From positions 1 to 64,000 of the forward strand of contig JAINCQ010000021.1 of assembly GCA_036574205.1 (NCBI GenBank): 64,000 bases of DNA, read 5' to 3'. Under the pieces are notes generated by a model. That model was given only the letters and a program-made list of their open reading frames with translations, ran no database searches and was not told the origin of the DNA. Positions 48,611-58,615 of this stretch are shown one piece after another. Source of the DNA: Elusimicrobiota bacterium. GTDB lineage: Bacteria > Elusimicrobiota > Elusimicrobia > Elusimicrobiales > UBA9959. Every line of letters starts with the position of its first letter. Position 1 is the first letter of the stretch. Made by a program: the position numbers and the translations under genes.

Positions 48611-50580
48611 AAAGGCTTGCTTTTGTTGTTCATAATCATCAGCCTGTTGGAAATTTTGATAATGTCATAAGAGAGGCATTTGAAAAAAGCTATAAACCTT
48701 TTGTTGATGTGGTTTATTCTCTTGCCTACCCAAAGGTTTGTTTTCATTTTTCTGGAATTCTTTATGATTGGCTTTCTAAGAATGAGCCCCTTTATCTTGA
48801 AAAGATAAAAGAGATGGTCAAAAGAAATCAAATTGAGATTCTCTCTGGTGGCTATTATGAACCGATACTCAGTGTTATTTGTGAGCGAGATAGGGTTTCT
48901 CAGATAAGAAAAATGAGCGATTACATAGTAAAGAAATTTGATTTTCATCCAATGGGACTCTGGCTTACTGAAAGAGTTTATAATCCTGCTATTTTAAAAA
49001 GTTTAAGAGAATGTGGAATAAAATATACTCTTGTGGATGACACAAGCCTTTTTTTATCTGTGGTTTATCAAGATAAGGTTAATGATTGTTTTATAACTGA
49101 GTATGAAGGGGAGAGAATTAATATCTTTACTATAAATCATAAGCTTAGATATCTTATCCCATATCAAGAGGCTTTTAAAACAGTTGAGTATATAAATGGA
49201 TCAGATGGTGAGATCTTTGTTATGGCTGATGATGGAGAAAAGTTTGGCTTGTGGCCCAAAAGCTATAAACTTGTTTATGAGGAGAAATGGCTTATCAATT
49301 TTTTTGAAACAATTAAAAATTCCAATATAGAGATGACCCGCCTTTGTGATTTTATAGAAGAAAAAAAAGGAGCGAAAAAACTTGTATATATTCCCAATAC
49401 ATCATATTTTGAACTTTCACAATGGGCACTTGATGCTGATGATTCTTTTAATATAAGTGAGTTCAAAAGAAAATCTTCTACTGAATTTGAAAAATTTATA
49501 AAGGGTGGATTTTTTGAAAATTTTTTTGTTAAGTATCCACAGGCAAATTTAATTCATAAAAGAAATCTTTTTGTCAGCAATCTTTTAAGCCAGAATTATG
49601 ACCCGGTTGCAGAAAACCATCTACATATGGCGCAGTGTAACTGCGGATGGTGGCATGGTGTTTTTGGAGGCATTTATCTTCCACATATAAGAATGGCTAT
49701 TTATGAAAATCTTTTGAAGGCTCAAAAAATAGTTTTTAATAAATCAAAAAATGCTATTCAATTTGAAAAGAAAGATATTGATTTTGACGGAGCTGAAGAT
49801 TTGTTGATAGAGACAGATAATAATTTTTTTATAATATCTCCTTCTTATGGCGGATCTATAACTGAGTTTTCAAGTAAAAACAGGTTTGTAAATTACTCAT
49901 GTATTATGGACAGAAGGAAGGAGGCGTATCATTTAACCAATTCATCCGATATAAATGGCAATAGAGTTAAGTTTGAATTTGGAAAAAATATTTTTTATGA
50001 CTGGCATAGAAGAGCGTTTCTTTTAGATCACTTTCTTTCAGAGGGGACGAAGATTGATGATTTTATGAAACTCACATATGGCGAGGTTGGAGATTTTATC
50101 CCTCAGCCATATAAATATTCAGTTGCGCTCAAAGATGATATGATGGAAGTTTTTCTTTCAAGAGACGGAGTTGTGTGGGATAAAGACAGAAAGGTTGATG
50201 TTAGTATATATAAAAAAATAATTATTAAACAAGGTATAGACGGTTTTAGATCGGAGTATTCGATAGTTAATAGATCAGATTTTAAAGCAAGATTTACTTC
50301 AGCCACTGAGATGGTTTTCGCTTTTTCAAATATAAATGTGGCGCCTTTTGGCGAAGTAAATGGAGTTTCCGAATATATTTTTCATGATTCTGTTAGAGGT
50401 AATATAAAACTTTCATTTTCTATTCCTGTTAAGCTATGGATTTTTCCGATAGAGACTATTTCCAATTCTGAAAATGGTGTTGAGAAAACCTATCAGGGTT
50501 CGGTGGTTTGTTGTGTGTTTGAGCGTGATTATGAATCTAAAGAATCTTTTAATTTTTCTTTTGAGGTGCTTGTTTTATGA
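48607..50580 (+). CDS. GH57 alpha-amylase/4-alpha-glucanotransferase
   Basis: HNHQPVGNF, GGYYEPIL, WLTERV (nucleophile Glu), DDGEKFGLWP (acid/base Asp), WHGVFGGIYLPH, SENGVEKTYQG. Confidence 0.92.
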   Translation: MKRLAFVVHNHQPVGNFDNVIREAFEKSYKPFVDVVYSLAYPKVCFHFSGILYDWLSKNEPLYLEKIKEMVKRNQIEILSGGYYEPILSVICERDRVSQIRKMSDYIVKKFDFHPMGLWLTERVYNPAILKSLRECGIKYTLVDDTSLFLSVVYQDKVNDCFITEYEGERINIFTINHKLRYLIPYQEAFKTVEYINGSDGEIFVMADDGEKFGLWPKSYKLVYEEKWLINFFETIKNSNIEMTRLCDFIEEKKGAKKLVYIPNTSYFELSQWALDADDSFNISEFKRKSSTEFEKFIKGGFFENFFVKYPQANLIHKRNLFVSNLLSQNYDPVAENHLHMAQCNCGWWHGVFGGIYLPHIRMAIYENLLKAQKIVFNKSKNAIQFEKKDIDFDGAEDLLIETDNNFFIISPSYGGSITEFSSKNRFVNYSCIMDRRKEAYHLTNSSDINGNRVKFEFGKNIFYDWHRRAFLLDHFLSEGTKIDDFMKLTYGEVGDFIPQPYKYSVALKDDMMEVFLSRDGVVWDKDRKVDVSIYKKIIIKQGIDGFRSEYSIVNRSDFKARFTSATEMVFAFSNINVAPFGEVNGVSEYIFHDSVRGNIKLSFSIPVKLWIFPIETISNSENGVEKTYQGSVVCCVFERDYESKESFNFSFEVLVL

Positions 50581-51173
50581 GGGTTTTTTGGGTTATACTT
50601 ATTTCTTCTTTGATAAATCTTGATAATGCAAGTGCGTTTCAGTTTCTTATCTCAAGACCTTCTTTTGTCGGTTCGCTTTGTGGATATATATTCGGTTTTC
50701 CAGTTGAGGGATTTTTAATCGGGGTTCTTCTTGAGTTAGTTATATTAGATTTTACTCCTGTTGGAGGATTTACCATACCAAATGGAACTGTGGCAGCATG
50801 TGTTTCGGTGCTACTCCTTTCAAAGACAAATCCATATCTGGCTTTTTTTGCGGGATTAGTTTCTGGTGTTCTTTATTCAGTTGTTGAAAAATATTTAAGG
50901 CTTTTTAATTCTAAGTTTAATTTGCTTCTTGATAATCAAATTAAAAAAGGTGATTACAATTTTGGTAAGTTGATAATTTTAGCGCTCGTAATGGAAACTG
51001 TTATTTCTTTTGTTTTTATATCTTTATGTTATTATATCTTTTCATTTGTGGTTTCAAATCTTAATTTTGTTTATCTGACAAAAGTTTTTAGACTTTCGGT
51101 TTTTGGAACGGTTTTTGTGACTCTTACTTCACTTTATTTCAAATTTAGAACGCAGGTAGCTAAAAATGATTAG
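50577..51173 (+). CDS. PTS mannose-family EIIC (short)
   Basis: LD...QFLISRP, G.LLEL, PVGG..P; hydrophobic. Confidence 0.8.
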   Translation: MRVFWVILISSLINLDNASAFQFLISRPSFVGSLCGYIFGFPVEGFLIGVLLELVILDFTPVGGFTIPNGTVAACVSVLLLSKTNPYLAFFAGLVSGVLYSVVEKYLRLFNSKFNLLLDNQIKKGDYNFGKLIILALVMETVISFVFISLCYYIFSFVVSNLNFVYLTKVFRLSVFGTVFVTLTSLYFKFRTQVAKND

Positions 51174-51948
51174 TTTTATTGACAGAGTTTATTTGCTTTT
51201 CAGAAGTTTTTTTCTTCAAGCAGTTTTTAATTATGAGAGATTTCAGAATATAGGTTTTCTTTTTTCAATTGCTCCTTTAATTAAGAAAACATTGAGAGAA
51301 GCGGAAGTTAAAGGTCTATTTGAAAGGCATAGCGAGATATTCAATACCCAGCCTTATATGTCTTGTTTTGTAATGGGAAATATATTAAAAATGGAATTAG
51401 AAAGGAAAGATAAGGATGAGATAAAGAATATAAAGCAGTCTCTTGCATGTGCTTATGCCTCTGTGGGAGACAGAATATTCTGGTCAAGGCTTAGAGTCAT
51501 TCTTGCTGAGACGACATTTATTATATTTGTGCCTGTATATTTCTGGTTTTCTCAAACAAGTTTGATTGAGGGGATAGCAGTTTCAGTATTAACTCCAACA
51601 ATTTTTTATATTTCATATACATTATATATAAGATATATAGGAATAGTTTATGGTATTGAATGCGGTGGAAGCAAGAATTGTGGACTTGATAAGTTCAACT
51701 GGAATAAAATCATCAGAATTTTTAGCAGGGTGGCTTTTTTTATGACTGTTTTGCTTTACATAATAGCATTATTTTTATATGGTTTCTTTTATATAAGCTT
51801 GCCGGATATTAAAGAAACTATTATTTATCTTTCTTTACCTTTTTGCGCTTTTTTCATTCAGAGATATTTCAGGAAAGATAAAAAAAATATATTTTATCCA
51901 ATAACAGCTATGATTCTTCTTTCTTTTTTATTTGGGTTTTTTGTATGA
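51166..51948 (+). CDS. PTS mannose-family EIID
   Basis: QAVFNYERFQNIGF, RH..FNTQP, ASVGDRIFW. Confidence 0.9.
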   Translation: MISFIDRVYLLFRSFFLQAVFNYERFQNIGFLFSIAPLIKKTLREAEVKGLFERHSEIFNTQPYMSCFVMGNILKMELERKDKDEIKNIKQSLACAYASVGDRIFWSRLRVILAETTFIIFVPVYFWFSQTSLIEGIAVSVLTPTIFYISYTLYIRYIGIVYGIECGGSKNCGLDKFNWNKIIRIFSRVAFFMTVLLYIIALFLYGFFYISLPDIKETIIYLSLPFCAFFIQRYFRKDKKNIFYPITAMILLSFLFGFFV

Positions 51949-52211
51949 TTAAAAAGGAAATAATTGTAAAAAACGAGCAAGGATTACATGCCAAGCCATG
52001 TGGAATGATATCCAATGTTGCTATGAAGTTTTCATCAGAAATAAAGATTGTTAGAGATGGTTATGAGGTTAATGCAAAAAGCGTGATGGGATTATTAACA
52101 CTTGCTGCCTCTAAAGGTAGTTCGGTTATTATTGTTGCAGATGGTCCAGATGAAAAGGATGCTATAAATGAACTTGAGGCTCTTTTTGAATCTAAGTTTG
52201 ACGAGGAATAG
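51945..52211 (+). CDS. ptsH: Phosphocarrier HPr
   Basis: GLHAKP (His15), NAKSVMG (Ser46), DGPDE. Confidence 0.95.
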   Translation: MIKKEIIVKNEQGLHAKPCGMISNVAMKFSSEIKIVRDGYEVNAKSVMGLLTLAASKGSSVIIVADGPDEKDAINELEALFESKFDEE

Positions 52212-52214
52212 TAT

Positions 52215-53951
52215 ATGATTATAAAAAGAGGTATTGGTGTAAATATAGGTATAGCAATGGGGAAGGTTTATCTTGCCAGAGAGGAAAATATTGTTGTTGA
52301 AAAAAAATTCATTCCGAAGGAAAAAATAAAGGATGAGATAAACAGGTATAAGATAGCCATTGCAAAAACCAAAGAGGAACTTGATAGCATAAGGACTCAG
52401 GTTTTAAACGCTCTTGGAAAACAGCATGCCAGACTTATAGATGCTCACTCAATGATATTAAAAGACCCGCTTATAACTAAGGATGTGATAAATCTTATAA
52501 GCATGCAAAGATATAATGCAGAATATGCGTTGTCTGTTAAGATAGAGGAAGTACTTAAAAAATTTGATAAGATAAACGATGCGTTTTTTCTTGAAAGGAA
52601 AAACGAAATACTGGATGTTTCAAGAAAAATAATATTCAATCTGACAAATGCTTCAATAAGTTTTTTAAAGGATATAAAAGAACCAATAATTTTAGTTGCC
52701 AATAACATATATCCGTCGGATCTTTTAAATATACGAAAGTCTCCAAATATACTTGCTTTTTGCATAAACCTGGGTTCAAAGACAAGTCATACTGCAATAT
52801 TTGCTCAGAATATGGGAATCCCGGCTGTTGTTGGACTTGGCGATATAACTAAAATAGCAAAAAATGGAGATTTTATAATAGTAAATGGAGAAGATGGCAA
52901 CGTTATAATAGACCCTACCCCTGAGATGATAGAAGCTTTTAAAAAGAAAAAGGAACAACTTCATAAAAATGAGAGTTATCTTGCGAAAATAAAAAAACTT
53001 CCAACTATTACCAGAGATAATAGAAAAATAAGTCTTATGATAAATCTGGATAGCCAGGATAATCTAGATGAATATAAAAATTCTAATTCTGATGGGATAG
53101 GGCTTTTCAGGACTGAATTCCTTTATTTAAACCGCGATAATATACCTTGTGAAGATGAACAGATGGATGTTTACAGGAGGGTTCTTACCAGTGTCCCTTC
53201 TTTACCTGTTGTAATAAGAACAGCTGATATAGGAGCGGATAAAATCTCCAATATAGGTATTAAAGAAATAGTCAATGAAACAAATCCATTTATGGGTTTT
53301 CGTGGGATAAGGCTTTTTTTAAGATATCCTGATTTATTAAAAACCCAGATTAGAGCCATATATAGAGCTTCCCCGGATACAAATGTAAGTATTATGATTC
53401 CGATGATAACATCTGTTGACGAAATTATTCAGGTTAAAAACATAATAGATGACATAAAGAAAGAGCTTTCCCTTAAATCCATAGAATATAAACCGGATAT
53501 TCCTATAGGGGTTATGATAGAAGTCCCATCAAGCGCTATAATAATTGATCAGATACTTGATAATGTGGATTTTGTTTCCGTAGGAACTAACGATTTAATA
53601 CAATATCTTCTTGCGGTTGACAGGGTTAATCAGTATGTAAGCAGTATGTATGATCCATTCCATCCAGCAGTTTTAAGAATCTTAAATCTGATATTTCAGA
53701 CAGCCCATAAAAAAGGGAAAAAGGTTTCAGTTTGCGGGGAAATGGCTTCTGATCCGCTTGGTATGATGGCGCTTATTTCTCTTGGGGTTGACAGCCTTTC
53801 TGTTCCTTTGAAATTGTTCCTTAAATTAAAACAACATATAAGAGATTTGAATTATGAAAGACTTATTTCACTTTCAACGACAATACTTAATACTGATGAT
53901 TCAAGCAAGATAATAGAAATTCTTCAAAATGAAATAATACATGAACACTAA
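52215..53951 (+). CDS. ptsI: PEP-protein phosphotransferase (enzyme I)
   Basis: TSHTAI, GIGLFRTEF, NPFMGFRGIR, MIEVP, SVGTNDLIQY, VCGEMA. Confidence 0.97.
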   Translation: MIIKRGIGVNIGIAMGKVYLAREENIVVEKKFIPKEKIKDEINRYKIAIAKTKEELDSIRTQVLNALGKQHARLIDAHSMILKDPLITKDVINLISMQRYNAEYALSVKIEEVLKKFDKINDAFFLERKNEILDVSRKIIFNLTNASISFLKDIKEPIILVANNIYPSDLLNIRKSPNILAFCINLGSKTSHTAIFAQNMGIPAVVGLGDITKIAKNGDFIIVNGEDGNVIIDPTPEMIEAFKKKKEQLHKNESYLAKIKKLPTITRDNRKISLMINLDSQDNLDEYKNSNSDGIGLFRTEFLYLNRDNIPCEDEQMDVYRRVLTSVPSLPVVIRTADIGADKISNIGIKEIVNETNPFMGFRGIRLFLRYPDLLKTQIRAIYRASPDTNVSIMIPMITSVDEIIQVKNIIDDIKKELSLKSIEYKPDIPIGVMIEVPSSAIIIDQILDNVDFVSVGTNDLIQYLLAVDRVNQYVSSMYDPFHPAVLRILNLIFQTAHKKGKKVSVCGEMASDPLGMMALISLGVDSLSVPLKLFLKLKQHIRDLNYERLISLSTTILNTDDSSKIIEILQNEIIHEH

Positions 53952-55767
53952 TTTAATTAGAAATTTTTCTATAATAGCTCATATAGACCATGGAAAATCC
54001 ACTCTGGCTGACAGGATTATAGAGATTACAAAAGCTATTCCTGATAGGATGATGAAAGAGCAATTTCTTGATGCAATGGAGCTTGAAAGAGAGCGAGGTA
54101 TAACCATAAAGGCGAAATCCATAAGGATGAATTATTATGCTCAAAATACTAAAAGATATATATTTAATCTTATAGACACTCCTGGACATGTGGATTTTTC
54201 ATATGAGGTTTCAAGGGCACTTTATGCCTGTGAGGGAGCGATTCTTTTAGTGGATGCTACTCAAGGGGTTGAGGCTCAAACTCTGGCTCATGCGCAACTG
54301 GCGATGTCGCTTGGACTTAAGATAATTCCAGTTATTAACAAAATAGATTTAGAACATAGTGATGTTGAGATGGCTCAAGAGCAGATATGGGAAATTTTAA
54401 AGGCACCACTTGAATGCTCCTTTATAAGTGCAAAGACCGGGGAAAATGTTAAAGAGCTTCTTGAAAGGATTGTAAAGGAAGTTCCTCAGCCTTCAGGAGA
54501 TATAAACTCTAATCTAAAAGCTCTTATTTTCGATTCAATTTATGATAGTTATAAAGGCGTTATAGTTTTTGTAAGACTTTTTGATGGACAAATCAAAATA
54601 GGCGATTTCATAACAATGAATTCTACTGGCAAGTCATATAAGGTTGAAGAGGTTGGATATCTTATGCCAGCTATGGTTTCTTCAAATGTTCTATATGCTG
54701 GAGAGGTTGGATATGTAATTGCAGGAATAAAAAATATACACGACATAAAAATAGGAGATACAATTTATCACAAAGACAAAGAGGTTAAAGCGCTTGAAGG
54801 GTTTAAGGAGGTTAATCCAGTAGTTTTTGCAGGGATTTTTCCAGTTAACACATCTGATTATAATCTTCTTAAAAATGCGATTGAAAAGCTGAACCTTACT
54901 GATTCTTCCTTTTCATATCAGGGAGAGACATCGAAAGCTCTTGGTTTTGGATTTAGAGCAGGTTTTATGGGACTTTTGCATCTTGATATAATAAGGCAAA
55001 GAATAGAAAGAGAGTTTAACATACCTCTTATAGTTACAAATCCAAATGTTATATACAAAGTTAAAACTAAAGTGAATATAAATTCAAAACATAGTAAAAT
55101 TGTGGAGGTTAGAAATCCTTCCGAGTTTCCTCATTATGGTGAGGTTTTAGAGGTTTATGAACCTTATGTTGAGGCAAGAATAATAACTCCCCTTGAATTT
55201 ATGGAAAATGTCATAAATCTTTTAAAGGAAAAAAGAGGAGTTCATAAAAAAATAGATTATATATCTTCAAAAAGGGTAGTTCTGAATTATGAACTACCGT
55301 TAAGTGAAATAGTAATAGATTTTTACGATAAACTTAAATCTTGCTCTAAAGGTTATGCATCTTTTGATTATGAGCACTGTGGTTATAGACCTGGAGATAT
55401 TGTAAAGGTTGAAATACTCATACATGGCGAGGTTGTTGATGCTCTTTCTTTTATGACTCATCGTTTAAGAGCTCAGATTCAATCCAGGGAAATATGTGAA
55501 AGGCTTAAAAATATTATACCAAGGCATTTATTTGAAATAGCAATACAGGCAAGGGTTGATGGCAAGATAATAACAAGGGAAACAATAAGCGCATTGAGAA
55601 AAGATGTTCTTGCTAAATGTTATGGTGGTGATATAACAAGGAAAAGAAAACTTCTTGAGAAGCAGAAGGAGGGAAAAAGAAGAATGAAATTGGTTGGTAG
55701 TGTCGAAATCCCTCAGGAAGCTTTTATAAATGTTTTAAGAAACAGCAAAAAAGAAGAAAAAAATTAA
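53941..55767 (+). CDS. lepA: Elongation factor 4
   Basis: AHIDHGKSTLADR, DTPGHVDF, NKID, KCYGGDITRKRKLLEKQK. Confidence 0.99.
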   Translation: MNTNLIRNFSIIAHIDHGKSTLADRIIEITKAIPDRMMKEQFLDAMELERERGITIKAKSIRMNYYAQNTKRYIFNLIDTPGHVDFSYEVSRALYACEGAILLVDATQGVEAQTLAHAQLAMSLGLKIIPVINKIDLEHSDVEMAQEQIWEILKAPLECSFISAKTGENVKELLERIVKEVPQPSGDINSNLKALIFDSIYDSYKGVIVFVRLFDGQIKIGDFITMNSTGKSYKVEEVGYLMPAMVSSNVLYAGEVGYVIAGIKNIHDIKIGDTIYHKDKEVKALEGFKEVNPVVFAGIFPVNTSDYNLLKNAIEKLNLTDSSFSYQGETSKALGFGFRAGFMGLLHLDIIRQRIEREFNIPLIVTNPNVIYKVKTKVNINSKHSKIVEVRNPSEFPHYGEVLEVYEPYVEARIITPLEFMENVINLLKEKRGVHKKIDYISSKRVVLNYELPLSEIVIDFYDKLKSCSKGYASFDYEHCGYRPGDIVKVEILIHGEVVDALSFMTHRLRAQIQSREICERLKNIIPRHLFEIAIQARVDGKIITRETISALRKDVLAKCYGGDITRKRKLLEKQKEGKRRMKLVGSVEIPQEAFINVLRNSKKEEKN

Positions 55768-55828
55768 AAAATTTAAGCCTCTAGGCTGATAAATAAAAAT
55801 ATATTTCAATTTTTTATCCAGAATTATT

Positions 55829-56104
55829 AACATCCACAGTTTAACCACAATATTACCTTCCTTAGATGGTTTAACTGCTATGTCCCCTCTCCTTTTTTTC
55901 ACCCTCACCTTAATCCTCTCCCATCAAGGGAGAGGAAAATAAGTATTAGCAAGGGGATTTAATTTTTCATCCTCACCCTTCACCTTCCCCCCATCAAGGG
56001 GGAAGGAACAGTTTGATCTTTCTGGAAGGTAAAACCAGGTTTTGTTTGGGTTAAAAAACAATTATCCACAGTTTAATTATGGCCGTGTAAAATTAACGGA
56101 TGTT
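55829..56104. repeat. Composite repeat: copies of the 46-bp palindrome enclosing two REP-like hairpins
   Basis: 55829-48 identical to 38545-64; 56064-104 is 36/41 identical to 38548-88; hairpins TCCTCTCCC-ATCAA-GGGAGAGGA and CCTTCCCCC-CATCAA-GGGGGAAGG. Confidence 0.8.
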
Positions 56105-56196
56105 TGTTTTTTGGGTTTAAGTTGAGTAATAATTGAGTATTTTAAATTAATTTTAATATTTTTATATTGATTTGAGGAAACTTAAAAAAGTGAAGA

Positions 56197-56520
56197 TTAA
56201 AAACTATATGTATATCTTGTGTTTAAAATAACTTCGTTTGTTTTTGTTGAAGATATTTTATTATTGGTGGATTTTATTCCAGTTCCCAGAGAGATTTTAG
56301 AATTTTTTGTTTTAGCCCATAAAACCTCAATAGCAGATTTTCCATTTCTGTAAACAGTTGTAATAAAAGTAATTCCATAGTCTGTTTGTGTTAAATTTAC
56401 AGTAAGCGTTGAGACATTGGTAATACTGTTTCCAGGCATATTTAGGGTTGTTGCAATAAGTATTCCAAAATTATCTCCAACAATTGTAAGAGAAGATTGC
56501 CAGCTTGCGCTACTTCTCCT
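56197..56520 (-). pseudogene. Possible 3' remnant of a beta-barrel gene
   Basis: Frame stays open ~27 codons upstream of the ATG at 56439, up to a TAA; ends RYTYSF (terminal Phe); no signal peptide. Confidence 0.3.
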
Positions 56521-56590
56521 TTAGATACGAGGATATATAACCATGACGTTTCATATTAATGTTGCACAAAATTTTGTATAATTTAACATT

Positions 56591-56782
56591 ATGGCTTATA
56601 AATGTGAAATATGTGGAAAATCAGCAAAGAGCGGTAAAAGTTATAGCCATTCAAATAAAGCTTCAATAAGAAAATTTAAACCGAACCTGCAAAAACAGAA
56701 AATTTTAATTAATGGAAAAGTAAAAAGTTGCTATATCTGTACTACTTGCATAAAAAGCAACAGGATTATTAAAGCAGTCTAA
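56591..56782 (+). CDS. rpmB: 50S ribosomal protein L28
   Basis: CEICGK, SHSN, RKFKPNLQ, CTTCIKS. Confidence 0.96.
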   Translation: MAYKCEICGKSAKSGKSYSHSNKASIRKFKPNLQKQKILINGKVKSCYICTTCIKSNRIIKAV

Positions 56783-56819
56783 TGGCTTAACCGCTTCTTT
56801 TAAAAAAGTAACAAGACTA

Positions 56820-56848
56820 TTGACAAAAAGAGTGTAAATTATTATTAT
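56820..56848 (+). promoter_or_regulatory. Sigma70 promoter of the SWIB gene
   Basis: TTGACA-17 nt-TATTAT. Confidence 0.7.
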
Positions 56849-56882
56849 TGTATTTATAGAATTAATTTAGCAGGAGGAAACA

Positions 56883-57152
56883 ATGGCATCAAAAACAAAA
56901 AGAACGCCGAACGCAAAATTCATGGCGCCTGTTACACCGGACGAGGTACTTGGTGAGATAGTTGGGTCAAAACCACTTCCAAGAACCCAGATAACAAAAA
57001 AAATATGGGACTACATAAAGAAAAACGGTTTGCAGGACAAGAAAAATAGAAGGATGATAAATACAGATGAGAAGCTCAGCAAAGTGTTTGGCGGGAAAAA
57101 ACAGATAAGCATGTTTGAAATTGCTGTTTATGTAAAAAAACATACAAAATAA
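56883..57152 (+). CDS. Stand-alone SWIB/MDM2 domain protein
   Basis: LPRTQITKKIWDYIKKNGLQD..N.R.I..D..L..VFG...ISMFE; SD GGAGG. Confidence 0.93.
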   Translation: MASKTKRTPNAKFMAPVTPDEVLGEIVGSKPLPRTQITKKIWDYIKKNGLQDKKNRRMINTDEKLSKVFGGKKQISMFEIAVYVKKHTK

Positions 57153-57173
57153 GAACAGGCTTATAGTTATAAG

Positions 57174-57212
57174 AAAAGGAGCGAGCTTTAATATGTTCGC
57201 TCCTTTTTTTTT
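57174..57212 (+). terminator. Intrinsic terminator
   Basis: AAAAGGAGCGAGC...GTTCGCTCCTTTT plus T tract. Confidence 0.85.
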
Positions 57213-57253
57213 GCAAAATAAAAAATAATATAATAGAATTTTAGGATAAAGGA

Positions 57254-58615
57254 GTGGTGATTATGAAAGATATAATAAAAAAACCTGAAGGAAAGCTTGC
57301 AGTTTTAATTCCTGGAATGGGAGCCGTAACAAGCACACTTATAGCCGGTGTAGAAATGGTTAAAAAAGGAATAGGAAGACCTTTCGGTTCTATTACTCAG
57401 ATGCAGAGAATAAGGCTTGGTAAAAGATATGAGAATAGGAATCCTCTTATAAAAGATTTTGTTCCCCTAACAGATTTGAATGACCTTGTTTTCGGTGGAT
57501 GGGATATATATGACGATACGATGTACGAGGCGGCGCTTAACTGCAAAGTCTTTTCTCCAGAACAACTAAAACCAGTTAAGAATGAACTTTCAGAAATAAA
57601 ACCAATGCCTGGTGTTTTTGATAAAAAGTTTGTCAAAAATTTAAATCCCGCAATATTTAAAAAAGCAAAGAATAAAATGGAATTGGCAGAACTGCTTATG
57701 CGAGATATAGAAGATTTTTGCGCTAAAAATAAAACTAAAAGAGCTGTTATGGTATGGGCTGCTTCCACAGAAGTTTTTACAGAAGAAAAGGACGTTCACT
57801 CATCAATTAAAAAATTTGAGGAAGGGTTGAAAAACAATTCTCCTTTAATATCTCCCTCAATGATTTATGCTTATGCTGCCATTAAAATGAAAGTTCCATT
57901 TGCCAACGGCGCTCCAAATCTGAGTGTGGATATCCCGGCGTTGATAGAGTTAAGCGAATTAAACAGGGTTCCTATCGCCGGAAAGGATTTTAAAACAGGT
58001 CAAACCTTGATGAAAACTATTATTGCTCCCGGGCTTAAAGCAAGAATGCTCGGGATAAGAGGCTGGTATTCAACTAATATTCTTGGTAATAGGGATGGTC
58101 TTGTGCTTGATGACGCAGGTTCTTTTAAGACAAAAGAGAAAAGTAAAAAATCAGTTCTTGACAGCATTCTTGAACCTGAATTATACAGTGAGCTTTATGG
58201 CAACCTGCATCATAAAGTAAGAATAGATTATTATCCACCACGCGGAGACGCAAAAGAAGGGTGGGATAACATAGATATATTTGGCTGGATGAATATGCCA
58301 ATGCAGATTAAAATAAATTTTCTTTGTAGAGATTCAATACTTGCTGCCCCTGTTATGCTTGATATACTTCTTTTTATGGATCTTGCGTATAGAGCAGGGC
58401 TTAAAGGAATACAGGAATGGATGAGTTTCTTTTTTAAATCTCCGATGCATAGACCTGATCTAAAACCTGAAAATGATTTATTTATTCAGCATATTAAATT
58501 AAAAAATACTTTAAGACTTTTAATGCGTGAAGAGATAATAGATCATAGCGGGCTTGATTATTATGAATCTAAGTTTAAACCAGTTGTTGCAGATCCTCCT
58601 AAAAAAGCCAAATGA
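57254..58615 (+). CDS. ino1: myo-inositol-1-phosphate synthase
   Basis: GMGAV, FGGWDI, NGAPN, GKDFKTGQT, STNILGNRDG, CRDSILAAP, FFKSP. Confidence 0.93.
   Translation: MVIMKDIIKKPEGKLAVLIPGMGAVTSTLIAGVEMVKKGIGRPFGSITQMQRIRLGKRYENRNPLIKDFVPLTDLNDLVFGGWDIYDDTMYEAALNCKVFSPEQLKPVKNELSEIKPMPGVFDKKFVKNLNPAIFKKAKNKMELAELLMRDIEDFCAKNKTKRAVMVWAASTEVFTEEKDVHSSIKKFEEGLKNNSPLISPSMIYAYAAIKMKVPFANGAPNLSVDIPALIELSELNRVPIAGKDFKTGQTLMKTIIAPGLKARMLGIRGWYSTNILGNRDGLVLDDAGSFKTKEKSKKSVLDSILEPELYSELYGNLHHKVRIDYYPPRGDAKEGWDNIDIFGWMNMPMQIKINFLCRDSILAAPVMLDILLFMDLAYRAGLKGIQEWMSFFFKSPMHRPDLKPENDLFIQHIKLKNTLRLLMREEIIDHSGLDYYESKFKPVVADPPKKAK

Noticed and set aside
55814..56070. DnaA-box matches (TTATCCACA 56062-70, TTATCCAGA nearby) suggesting oriC
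   Set aside because: The perfect box overlaps the dispersed repeat; too few boxes and no dnaA/dnaN context
55829..56104. Possible CRISPR array
   Set aside because: Only two or three non-identical units, irregular spacing, no cas genes
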